A stretch of 61,112 nt of DNA, counting the filler, from Kipferlia bialata (taxonomy: Eukaryota), in NCBI GenBank assembly GCA_003568945.1. It is 4 parts of 4 records of this genome, joined end to end, with 100 filler letters (N's around TTAATTAATTAA, not from the genome) between each part and the next. Parts side by side here need not be neighbours in the genome. Positions count along the whole stretch, not along the records: positions 30,626 to 45,826 come from BDIP01000729.1; positions 45,927 to 61,112 come from BDIP01000730.1; 2 more parts are not named here. The stretch is one strand, 5' to 3'. The position numbers and the translations under genes are program-made. The notes beneath the pieces are model-generated. The model had not been told where the DNA came from. It worked only from the letters and a program-made list of their open reading frames with translations, and ran no database searches. Shown one piece after another: positions 36,307 to 48,900 of the stretch; position 1 is the first letter of the stretch, and the number at the start of each line of letters is the position of its first letter.

Positions 36307-36659
36307 CTCAGTCACACACTCATCGGGTGTAAGGTCCTCGGGTTCGGTCTAGGGGTTAGACACACAGAGCAATGAATGGTGGTGTATATAGTGTGCATAT
36401 ACCTTGTGGGTGAACATGAATCTGAATGCCAGGACATCGATGGGTACAAGGACCAAGTAAATTAAATTAATACTTATACACATACTATATACATATCCCT
36501 TACTGCATATAATATTACTTATATATATATAGACAAAGATATTTACCTTATGGGTGAACATGAATCTGAATGCCAGGACATCGATGGGTACAGAGTGGGA
36601 CCTGGCATAGGTCTGGAGGACACCCGTGATGAAACCCTGGCTATTAGGGGTGTAGAGGG

Positions 36660-36691
<32 letters not shown>

Positions 36692-36886
36692 GCCTGGGGG
36701 AAAAAGAACCCGCTCAGCCAGTATGACTCCGGTCTGCCCTTCTGCAGCCAGGAGCGCATGAACTCAACCCTGGGGTTAGTATATGTATGTATATAAATAT
36801 ATATATAGATACAGAGAGGGCATGTACCTCAGGATGAGGTCTGCGAACCAGCTGGACAGAGACAGGTATATATACATACATAATAG

Positions 36887-36923
<37 letters not shown>

Positions 36924-36991
36924 GGCATGTACCTCAGGATGAGGTCTGCGAACCAGCTGGACAGTGACACGTACATATACATACATAATAG

Positions 36992-37036
<45 letters not shown>

Positions 37037-38009
37037 TGTACCTCAGGATGAGGTCTGCGAACCAGCTGGACAGGGGCTTGAGAGAGGGGTAGGCAGCGGC
37101 AGTCCACATGTCAGGGACCTGGGGTGAGTATAAACATATCAATACAATATATATATATATATACAAGTACTATTGTATATATGTATATCAATGTATATGG
37201 GTAGTCCACATGTCAGGGACCTGGAGTGAGCATAGTGATAAATAAAATAGGGATAGGGTAGTGATATATGATACAGACGAAAACTACTGTGATATTTGGA
37301 GTGACTAATCTATGTATAAAAGGCAGTCTCCTACCTGCCCGATGAAGCATGCCCTGAACACAGACTCCAGCTGGGCACTCATGACAACTAGACCCTGGAC
37401 GTAAGTGGTATATGACTATATACTACTATTTATAGGTATTTATGATATATATATACATATATTAATATATACTTATACATATATGAAGCTTGGGCACTCA
37501 TGACAACTAGACCCTGGGGGTAAGCGGTACATATGTGCGTAGTAATGAACACTAATGAATGTAACATTGAGGACCAACCTTGATACCGGATCTGAGGTCT
37601 GCCAGGGATGACTTGAGGACAGAGAAGCATACATTAAGTATTATATTATATATATATATATATAACATGTATATTACATGTATCTATGTATACCTTGATA
37701 CCGGATCTGAGGTCTGCCAGGGAAGACTTGAGGACAGAGAGGAGGTTGTTGAACCTCTGGACCTGAAATAAGGGTCTAGGTGGAGAGAGAGAGAGAGAGA
37801 GAGGAGGTTGTTGAACCTCTGGACCTGGAGGGTTAGAGAGGGATACACACACACACATATATATATATATATAATAGTATATATGTAATAGTACATATAT
37901 ACCTCCTGCTTCAGTACGACAGCCAGAGAGTGGATCAGTCCAGACTCCAGAGGCTCAAAGAGACCCTCGAGGGCAGTGTCCATGTCAAGCTGGTGTAAAA
38001 AGGGTGTAG

Positions 38010-38053
<44 letters not shown>

Positions 38054-39055
38054 TACACATAGATATATACTATACAAAATAGTCAGAAAGAGAGAGTATA
38101 AACATACCTGCTCGGGCAGTCTCTGCAGCAGGTCGGCAGCTATCCTATCTACAATGGTGTCCTCAGTGTCTGCAGTGGACACAGTCAGGATGCCATAGTC
38201 GCCATCCTCTCTCTCCTGGTGTAAAAAGGGGGGTATGGAGAGAGAGTATAGATGTATGTGTATATACCTCCTCGGGGACTTGTCTCTTCGCCTTAGCAGC
38301 CTGCTTCTCTGCCACAGCTGCTGCCTCTCCCTCTCCCTCTCCCTCTGCCTCTGTCTCTGTCTCTGCCTCAGTGGTGAGGGGCTCTGGCTCGACATAGGCC
38401 TGGAGGGTAAGAACATTAGTGTAATGTGGATGCATATATATGAGGGTGGAGGACAATTGTACAGGACTATATATACCTCGATGGCCGTTGGCTGGATGTT
38501 GAGGACATCTCTGATGACACGGGCACCCTCTCTCTCCCTGGGATCAGAGGAGTAAGTATACATAGACACATATAGTATATACGTATATAGGGTATATACC
38601 TGTACACGAGTGATGAGTTGTCGTGCATGCCAAACACCTCAGGCTCCTCGGACATGGGAAGGGTCTCCACATAGGTCCTGAGGGGTTAGATATATATATA
38701 TATCTGTATCTATATATATATAGAGAGAGAGAGAAAGAGAGAGAGAGATGGGGAGGGTCTCCACATAGGTCCTAGAGGGGTTAGATTAGTAACTATACAT
38801 AGAGAGAGAGAGAGAGATCGATACCTCATGTCAGCCAGGCTGCTTGTGCCATCTGCACAGACATAGTAGATGCCACTATCAGACAGGGGGCAGTCATCAA
38901 CGTCGATGGCCCTGGGGGGTGAGGTATACATAGATAGATATATATATATATATATTCATATACATAGAGAGAGAGAGGGGGGGAACGACAGAGACAAGGT
39001 AGTCATCAACGTCGATGGCCCTGGGGGGTGAGATATGAATATATATAGAGAGAGA

Positions 39056-39095
<40 letters not shown>

Positions 39096-39531
39096 AAGGC
39101 AGTCATCAACGTCAATGGCCCTGGGGGTGAGTGGTGTTGTTATGTACATTCATTGATATATAAGCCCAGGAGGATAGGAACATGTATATCCATATATATA
39201 TAGTTCATCTACATTAAGTAGAATACCTCGAGTCGAAGTACTTGGCCAGCACCGTGTTGAGTAGACGCCTGTCCCAGTCGTCAGTCACTCTGGGGGGTAA
39301 GAGTACACACACATATTTATACTATACACACATATATATATATATACATGATATAGTACATATGTCTGTCCCAGTCGTCAGTCACTCTAGGGGTTAGCCA
39401 TACTGATAACTATATAGAGGTCTAATACACTATTGACCACGTACCTTCCACCGTAGTTGACCTCTGCAATCACATAGCGCAGGGCCTCCCAGGGGATCTG
39501 CTCCTGAAGTGTGAATGAAGGGGGTAGAGTT

Positions 39532-39566
<35 letters not shown>

Positions 39567-42305
39567 GATAGAGAGAGACAATATACCTGCTCCTCTAGGA
39601 ACATTCTCAGTGTCCTCTGTGATACTTCAAAGTCACTGTCGGTGAACTCGTAGGGGATGTTAAACCCATGGGGGCCAAACTTACGCCTCTCCTGACGGTT
39701 AAATTGCAATTCATTCTGTCCAAGTATCGTAAAAATGTCAATACTTACCTGCACAATGGCGTGGAAGAATGCCAGGCTGAAGAGATGTTAGAATATAAAA
39801 TATATATTTTAGTATATTATATAATACCTATATATATATATTAGTATATATATATAATACCTGCACAATTGCGTGGAAGAACGCCAGGCTGAAGAGGAGT
39901 CTCATGGTTAAGTCAATAATTACTGTCCCATTATCGTAAAAATGTCAATAATTACTGTCCCATTATCGTAAAAATGTCAATAATTCTTACCTGCACAATG
40001 GCGTGGAAGAATGCCAGGCTGAAGAGGAGTCTCTTCCAGGGCTCTGGCTTAGAACATCCAGCGAAGTCGGAGTCGTGGAACTCGGTGAATGTCCTTGTGG
40101 TAAGATACAGCGTGAGACAATACACGACATCTACTCTCCATGAGAGAGAGAGAGAGAGAGACTCACCTTGTGAGGTTGGCCTTGAGTCCTCTGGGGGGCT
40201 CGGTGGTCATCTTGACACTGTTCTGGGGTTAGAACAGGTATATGTAAGTGTATACATATATAGACAGAGAGAGAGAGAGATATCAGTCATTTTGACACTA
40301 TTCTAGGGTAAGTAAGAGTATTGTAGAGGGGGAGAGTACTCGATGTGATCATCGCCCTTCGTCAAACATATATATATATATATATATGATATATATAGGG
40401 GATATCAACGCAGCAGTATATATCAAATAATAATGAAGCAACACAGTATATGTAAGGAAGAGAGAGAGAGAGACATGCATGAGGTGTACCTGCAGGACCG
40501 AGATTGGGAATGCCTTGGAGGGCATGGAGGATAGCCACAGCCTGAAGGTAAGGAGATACACATACATACAAAGACATATATATACTACACATATACTATA
40601 TATACTATACAATGCCTTGGAGGGCATGGAGGAGAGCCACAGCCTGGGGGGTTAGTCTATATACGAATACAAACAGAAGGATATAGCATATCTGGTTACC
40701 TGAAGTTCTTGTGTGGGGGTATGGTCAGGTTGGGGTCTGCCTCTGCCTTCCCAGATGCCAGGGCCTCGACATGCCTCTCAAGAGAAGACATCCATGACGC
40801 TGCAAGGTGACAGTTCTTATGTAAGAGGGAAATAGGGGGAGAGAGAGAGAGAGAGAGAGATAGACCGTTACCTGGAGGAAGAGCCAGTTTCCGTCTCTGG
40901 TGGCTCTCTGCATGAGCTTGTAGGCCACAGGACCCTGGCCTAGGGGTGAGGCTAGACCATACATTGTACATTACACACGCACACACACAATCTCTTTGTT
41001 CATTATGCACATACGCTGTCCCAGTGACACCACGTGCATCTACACACAAATCTCTCTCTCAATATATATTGGTATAAAAAAATATACAAATATATATTAC
41101 TATACATACCCTGTCACAGTAACATGTGCATCTACACATAGATCTCTCTCTCTCTCTATCTATACATATACATATATATATAATACTATACATACCCTGT
41201 CCCAGTGACACCATGTGCAGCTGTGTGTCTGGCTGCTGGTTGCAGAAGGCCTGAGGTAAGTATATACATTCAAACAAGTATATGTAGCTCTATCTATTTA
41301 TATATATATGTATCATACACGTGCACATACCTGCAGCTGTGACAGGGGGTCTACACTAGCACTAATTCAGCAGTATAGATAGATACAGGATTGTATAATT
41401 CATATACTATGGATCTATACATACATACATGAAAACTTATAGATTATGCATACCTGCAGCTGTGACAGGGGGTCTGCCCCAGTGCTGAGGATGAAGACTC
41501 TCTCTCTCTCTCAATATATATATATATATATATATATATTATGCACATATATCATACCTGTAACTGCGACAGGGGGTCTGCTCCAGTGCTGAGGATGAAG
41601 ATGAGGGGGCTGGAGGGGCTGGAGTCCTTAAGTTAGCAGTAGGAGAGAGAGAGAGAAAGATAGATAGAGAGAGAGAGAGAGAGGAAGATGAGGGGGCTGG
41701 AGGGGCTGGAGTCCTAGGGTGAGGGAAGAGAGAGAGAGAGAGAGATGAAGGGAGCGCCAGGTTTCTGTACAAAACCATATGTAAAATGAGAGAGAGAGAG
41801 AGAGAGCGTACCTTGAATGCGTCGTCCAGGACCAGGGGTGGGGGCTCGGTGAACCTTCTGTCGAGCTCAGACTCAATGTAGGTGGGGAGGGAGCTAGAAG
41901 TGAGTGGTATTCATATACAGTATAGAGAGTGGGGCCGGTATGTGGCATATATTGTTTAATGCAGTGAATGAGATGAAGTTGACAAGACAAAGCAGTGTAT
42001 TACTATCTACATGATATACATCGGATACGTACCCTGCCAGTCTATGGGGTGCCAGTATCCTCACTAGCATGACACACTGGAAGGGGGACAGGGGGGTGGG
42101 GGGCGGGGTGCCAACAGGGTCATCTGGGGTGAGAGGCAAAACATGTATATATATCCACTATACACCAATGTACATATATAGTATACATACCTCCCTCCAC
42201 CCACTGCGTCCACTCCCTCATGTGTGTGGCCATGTGTACATAGGCATCATACAGAGAGGGCACGTCAAGGACCTAGGGTAAGACACACACACACACACAT
42301 ATATG

Positions 42306-42338
<33 letters not shown>

Positions 42339-44752
42339 GGCACGTCAAGGACCTAGAAAGTTAGAGCGCGACACCTATGTATGTGTGTATATAATACAAG
42401 TGCGAATATGCATACCTCCAGTGCACATATCATTGTCCACTGCTGTGTGCTGAGACCAGAGCCAGAGGGGATGGGGGGGAGGGACTGGCCTGGATATAAG
42501 AGGGGATATATATATAGAGAGAGAGAGGGAGAAAGAGAGAGAGAGGGATAGGACGAGAGAGGAGGGACTGGCCTATGGTAAGGTACCATAACTCACACAT
42601 CTATGTAGATAAATGCAGCACCCGTACCCTTCAGGACCTGCTCAGCTGACACAAAGCCACGGAGGAAGAGGTCCCACTCGTTGGCCTGGGGGTTAGTTTC
42701 ATACACACATACATACACATTCATTTAAGTAGATAGATAGAGAGGTACCTGGGACATACGCGCCCTCTGCAGTATCCTGCTGATACACTCTAGTACTATA
42801 CACCGGTATATATACAATAGTATTGAATAAGTTGAACTATACACTATATCCCACCTGGATCTTTCCGGCTCTCTGCAGTATCCTGCTGACAATCAGGAAC
42901 GAGAAGGTCTGCTTGTCCCTCTCAAAGAGACCTCTGAGGGGTGAGAGTATTAAGAGTGTAGAGAGAGAGAGAGAGAGAGAGAGTCTTCCGTACCTGCACA
43001 CGTTGCTGAACACGGAGTGTGTGATGACGTCTAGGAGGGTGGCAAGCCTGAAGGTGAATAGAGGGTGTAGAGGGAGAGAGAGTGTGTGTGTGTGAGAGGA
43101 TTTAAGGGAGTAGGGAGAGAGAGAGAGAGAGACAGAGAGGGAATGTGTGTGCGAGGATATAAGGGTGTAGGGAGAGAGAGAGAGAGAGATACCTGATGGA
43201 CAGGTCGTCGTTGGGTGCGGATGTCCTGATGCAGGACTCATAGAGAGAGGTGAAGTAGGACAGGGAGAACTGGTACATAGGGTCCTGGAAATAAGGGGAG
43301 AGAGGGAGAGATAGAGCTGAAGTGTAAATGCAAAGAATATAGAAGACTAAGGGTCAAAAGATATACACATATATGAGGTAGAGATACCTGGCTGGCGAGG
43401 CTGGACACAGCGAAGTAGAGCAGGGACCCTCTCACAGCAGCAGGGATGTACTGGTTGCAGGCAGTGGCAATCTCCTAAGAACGTTAGAAATAATGTTCTA
43501 TATTACAAATATAGGAACACTTTACAACCTTTTAAGATGAAATGAATACTTTATATACTTGCATTACCCTAGCCTGTGCCACCCTCTCACTGATGCCCTT
43601 CTCACTCTCTCTCTCTCTCTACATATATATATGTATATACACTATATATGCCCCTACCTTTGCCATAACCTCTGCCTGTGCCACTCTCTCACTGATACCC
43701 TACTCTCTCTCCCTCCCTATACATATATATATACATATATATATATATACACTATATACCTTAGCCATAACCTCTGCCTGTGCCACCCTCTCACTGATGC
43801 TCTGGGATGTCTTCTTGGACTCTGTCAGGGTGTTGATCAACACCTCGTTATCAAGCACATTGCCCTCGGCCTTGGACAGCTCCTGAACGGTTAGACGCTC
43901 AGACGCTCAGACGCATAATGAATGACGACTGATCCACTCTCCCTCTCTACATATTCATAAACAAATACATCATACCTGCAGGATCTTGTCCTCAAGGGCC
44001 TTGAGCTGGGCTCTGTCCTCAGCCATCTGGGGGTGAGACTAGATATATACATGTGTAGTATAATAATACTCTATGAATCAAAGATCCATTGGGCTGGGCT
44101 CAGCCATCAGTGATGATGACTATACAGCCATGCATGTCCACACAGTACCTGCAGAATGAGCTTGGACCGGGTCTCCTCGAGGTCTGGCCTCTCAATGCCA
44201 ACGACGGACTGGGAGTGAGACAAGGAAAGAGAGAGAGTGTGTGTGTGTGTGAGAGAGAGAGAAAGAGAGAGAGAGAACTCCATACCTGCAGCAGCTGCTC
44301 CTCCAGTCCAGGGGTGGTGACAGTCATGTTGATGATACAGAGCTTGACCTGGGGGTGAGGAAGGATTACAGTGCGGGTAGTATACTATAAATGAATATAT
44401 CAGTATGCTTGAAACACTCTGGGCTCCAGTATGAGACACGGTACACTACTACAATACACACAAACATACATAGAAGAATATATATTACTTAGATATACAC
44501 CCTATATCCATTACCTGTGTCTCTGGGCTCCAGTATGGGTTGGCCAGCTTAGATGTCATGTAGAACCTGGGGGTGAGGAGGGGGAGGGGGGGTACAATAG
44601 AGAAATAGACTCATCAATATCCATATGTACTATATAGATACTGTATCTACCCACCTGAATGAGGGGTCGAACTCAATCTCCGAGTCTCCGAGTCTGATCA
44701 TGGTCCTGCCATTGACCTGGAAGGTCTGCCTGAGGTGTAAGAATAAGGGGTC

Positions 44753-44794
<42 letters not shown>

Positions 44795-45082
44795 CGTACC
44801 TTGTGAGGAGAGGGTCCAGGGCTGGGTTGATGTGCTCACCCACATTCTCAACAAGCACAGGGAAGCCTAAGTGTGTAAGTACAGGGTTGAATACATATAT
44901 ACACATATGTAGAAACCACCATTCTCCACAAGCACAGGGAAGCCTAGGAGGTAAGAATAGTTTATAGTATATACACCTAATGAATATCTGTGGCATCCAC
45001 ATACCTAGTCTGATTGCGTTCTCGAGTGCCCTGAGGAAGGTGGGCTGGGATGGACGGAGGACAACCTAGGGTGAGGTATATC

Positions 45083-45118
<36 letters not shown>

Positions 45119-45826
45119 ATATATATATATAGAGAGAGAGGGATTAAACAGTCCCCGTACCAGGTTGTTAGCTGCCTCTCCGTTCTTGATCCACTTGATG
45201 ACTTGTAGACACAAAGCAAGACACTCTAACTATTGTATCCATCAATGCATATTAATATACTCACCAGGTTGTTAGCGGCCTCTCTGTTCTTGATCCACTT
45301 GATGACACAAAGACCCAATGCAACTATAGATATATATTATACTATAAAATGTAAGTTGAAATATCAATATGAAACATTAACTCACCAGGTTGTTTGCTGC
45401 CTCTCTGTTCTTGATCCACTTGATGGCCTGGGCCTGGGGGTCGATGATCAGGGGCCATCTGGGGTCAGGGTACATACTTATATATGAATATATATAACTG
45501 TAGATACACATAGGGAGAGTGAGAGAGAGTACCCATACCTGTTAGACTGTGTGCACACAATGGCGTTGTCAATGGACACACTGTCAGCGGGGAGACCATC
45601 AAGCTGGAACTGCCTAAGGGTTAGATCAATAAAAAGTGTAGAGAGAGAGAGAGAGAGAGAGAGACACTGTCAGCAGGGAGGCCATCAAGCTGGAACTGTC
45701 TGAAGGTGTTAGAGAGATTGAAAGAGAGAGTAAGGGTATTACATGTATCATGTATTACTAATTCACACATCATACCTGACTGTGACGTCATCCACCAGGG
45801 TGTTCTTGAGACTGAACTCATCGGAC
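34758..45826 (-). CDS. DNAH6: Axonemal inner-arm dynein heavy chain (DNAH6-like), AAA5 to C-terminus; 5' part missing
   Basis: RWPLIIDPQAQAIKWIKN, GLEEQLL, RGSLLYF, PLIFILSTGADP, SLGQGQGP, GNWLFLQNCHLA, FRLWLSS, ERRKFGPHGFNIPYEF, NYGGRVTDDWDRR, AYPSLKPLSSW, YWLSGFFFPQGFITGVLQ, RAGVLSTTGRSTN, ending GTALLCQLDT*. The paralog assignment is from memory of the family. Confidence 0.93.
36637..36693 (-). other. GC-AG intron (57 nt) in the dynein gene
   Basis: FFPQ|GCAAGT...CTAATAGCCAG|GFITG restores the conserved GFFFPQGF motif. Confidence 0.8.
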
Positions 45827-45926
45827 NNNNNNNNNNNNNNNNNNNNNNNNNNNNNNNNNNNNNNNNNNNNTTAATTAATTAANNNNNNNNNNNNNNNNNN
45901 NNNNNNNNNNNNNNNNNNNNNNNNNN
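45827..45926. other. Artificial contig spacer N44-TTAATTAATTAA-N44
   Basis: Same 100-nt linker; TTAATTAATTAA at 45871-45882. Confidence 0.97.
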
Positions 45927-48900
45927 CGATCCTCTCGACCACAACGAGACGTACTAGCCATTATACTATCCCAGCGACGTATTTTTTGTATCTGGCTTGC
46001 AGCAATGGGTACTGTTCTTAGTATATATTCTGACCTCAGACCACCTAGTCACCCTCCTGACGTGTGTGGGTGGCATGGAGGCAGAGTGTGTGCAGGCCAT
46101 GAAGGTATATATGTATATATGGTATATATACATATATGTATGCAATATTTTTATATACACATACATGAATGTTTATGGGGATGGTGGAAGAGGGTGTTCA
46201 GGCCATGGCGGTATACATGTTCCATTTGTATACTCTTTATTTCGAGTCCTGATCTTCTCTCTCTCTCTCTCTCTCTCCCTAGACCCTTATATCAGGTTCT
46301 TGACTCTGCTGTCTCTCTCTCTGCCTCTGTCGAGTCCTGTCTGTCAGTGGAGAGGTGCCTGAGGGTCACTGACTTCATGACTCAACCTGGGTGAGTATAG
46401 AAGTATGAGTATTTTGGTATACATACATACATATATACATATATTCTGTCTGGCAGATTCACTGAATATACACTAACCCCAGCCCAGCCATGAACGGTCT
46501 ATACGCTGCCGATGACTCTGTGAGTGACATGGCCATGAGGCTGTTCAAGGAGTGTGTTCGGATAGGTAAGTATAGTGTATGTATACAATATACATCGTCT
46601 AGTAGTGGATAGTGAGATATCAGCTCTTTCGTCTTCGTACTCACTCTATGTATATTCTTCTCTGTCTCTCTGTCTCTCTCTCTCCCTGACCCTTCAGGCA
46701 GATCCCAGCTGGCCCCACACATATGGAGTATACACCTATATAGAGTATATACCTATCTATCGATACATTAGCAAATGATTACATACATCTTCATACATCC
46801 CTCACCCTTCAGGTAGATCCCAGCTGGCCCCACCCGAGGCCACCCAGAGTCAGACACTCACTCAGGTACATCTATCATTCATATATATGTCTAAAGTATA
46901 TATAACATATCACACATTTGCATAGTGATTATGATGTGATACGTACCCGCACCATGTATTGTATGAATGTTTAGTTACACAATATGCACGTGTATTCAAC
47001 TATCTCCCTCAATATGTATATATTTATATATATATTTTATACATATATATATATATATAAACAAGTGTCTAACCCCAGTCCACCCCCACCCCCGAGATCA
47101 CTGAGGAAGAGAGGGAGAGAGAGAGGGAGAAGGAGGTAAGAGACACTGTTTAAGAGAGATACAACATATATGAATATCAATAGATATATATTGACCCACC
47201 CCAGGCCCGTGAGGCAGCTGCCCTCGAGAAACAGGAGCAGAAGGAGAGAGAGAGAGAGAGAGTCAGGGCCGAGAAGGCAGCAGTGTGGGAGAGGGAGAGA
47301 GAGGCAGAGAGAGCTAGGGAGGAGGTAAGAACAATCAATATAGCACCTCTAATTGGTTTTCCGATTGATTTCCGATTGATTTTCCGATTAGTTTTCTGAC
47401 TAACCCCCTTAGGCTGAGCGCATTGAGAGAGAGAGAGAGATTGCCGAGGAGGAGCAGGCAGAGCTTACAAAGAGGGTGCGATCACTAATGTGATGACTTA
47501 TGACACTAATCTAATATCTTCTCTTCCTAGTCTAATGTTTTAGGTCCGTCCGATGTACCCTTCCCTCTCCTCCGAGACTGAGAGGGAGAGAGAGAGAGAG
47601 ACCAAGCCCAAGGCCAAGGGCAAGGGAATGACACTGGGAGGGGCCCACAAGAAGAATGTATGTGTATGTATATGCATATATATACATTCTTGAATGTATA
47701 TATATATAGCCTAACTCTCGGTCCCAGCCTTCGTTAAGCCTCCTCTCTCTCTCTCTCTCTCTCCCTACACCCCTAATCGCAGTCCAAGTCCAAGCCCTCT
47801 TCCAAGCCAAAGGCAAACTTTTGTATTAAATAGTATTACAGTATATAGTATTGTATTGTATTGTATTGTACTCATTTCATTCAAACACTAACTCTCAGTC
47901 CAAGTCCAAGCCCTCCGCCAAGCCAAAGGTACAGCCTAAGCCAGTGGTGCACATGACTCATGAGGAGAAGGTATATAGACTATATGTATATAGTAGTGAG
48001 AGAAAGAGAGAGGAATAGTATTTATAGTGTTAGTGAGAGAGAGAGGCATGAGGCCCGTGGTGCACATGACTCAGGAGGAGAAGGTATATAGACTATATAT
48101 ATATACTATATACATGTGTATATACATGGAGAGAGAGAGAGAGATTGAGAGAGAGAGGCCAAGCCTGTGGTGCACATGACACAGGAGGAGAAGGTGTATA
48201 TATAGGCTATATATCTATACATTGAGACAATGTAATCTCTCTCTAAACATATATGCTTACCCTAGGCAGCTGAGTCCTTTGACTGGGACTCCCTAGGGGA
48301 TGTACCCTCCCCAGACACCAAGAAGGAGAGAGAGGTATATATATACACCATATACATATATATGTATATATATATGTATGTATATACAGTTATATGTATC
48401 ATATATGATACTATACATTCCCCAGACACCAAGAAGGAGAGGGAGATTGAGGTATATATATACACTATACACATATATATATATATGTATATACATATAT
48501 ATATACAGTTATATGTATGATATATGATACTATACGCTCCCTAGACACCAAGAAGGAGAGGGAGGTATATATATATACATATACACTATATATATATATG
48601 TATATACAGATATATGTATCATATATGATACTATACCCTCCCCAGACACTAAGAGGGAGAGGGAGAGGGAGATTGAGGTAAGAGTGTGTGAGAGAGAAAG
48701 GCTGAAGGAGAGAGAGAGAGTCTCATGTGGTGGCATATAATCCTGTAAATATTCTGACACCTAGGCAAGAGAGGCTGAGAGGGAGAGACTGGAGCAGCAG
48801 GCCAGGGAGCCAGACGCAGTGGAGAGGGAGGCGTCTGACTCCCTGGCCTATGACGATGTGTACGACAGGGAGATTGACATCGGAGGTACACTGAATATAC

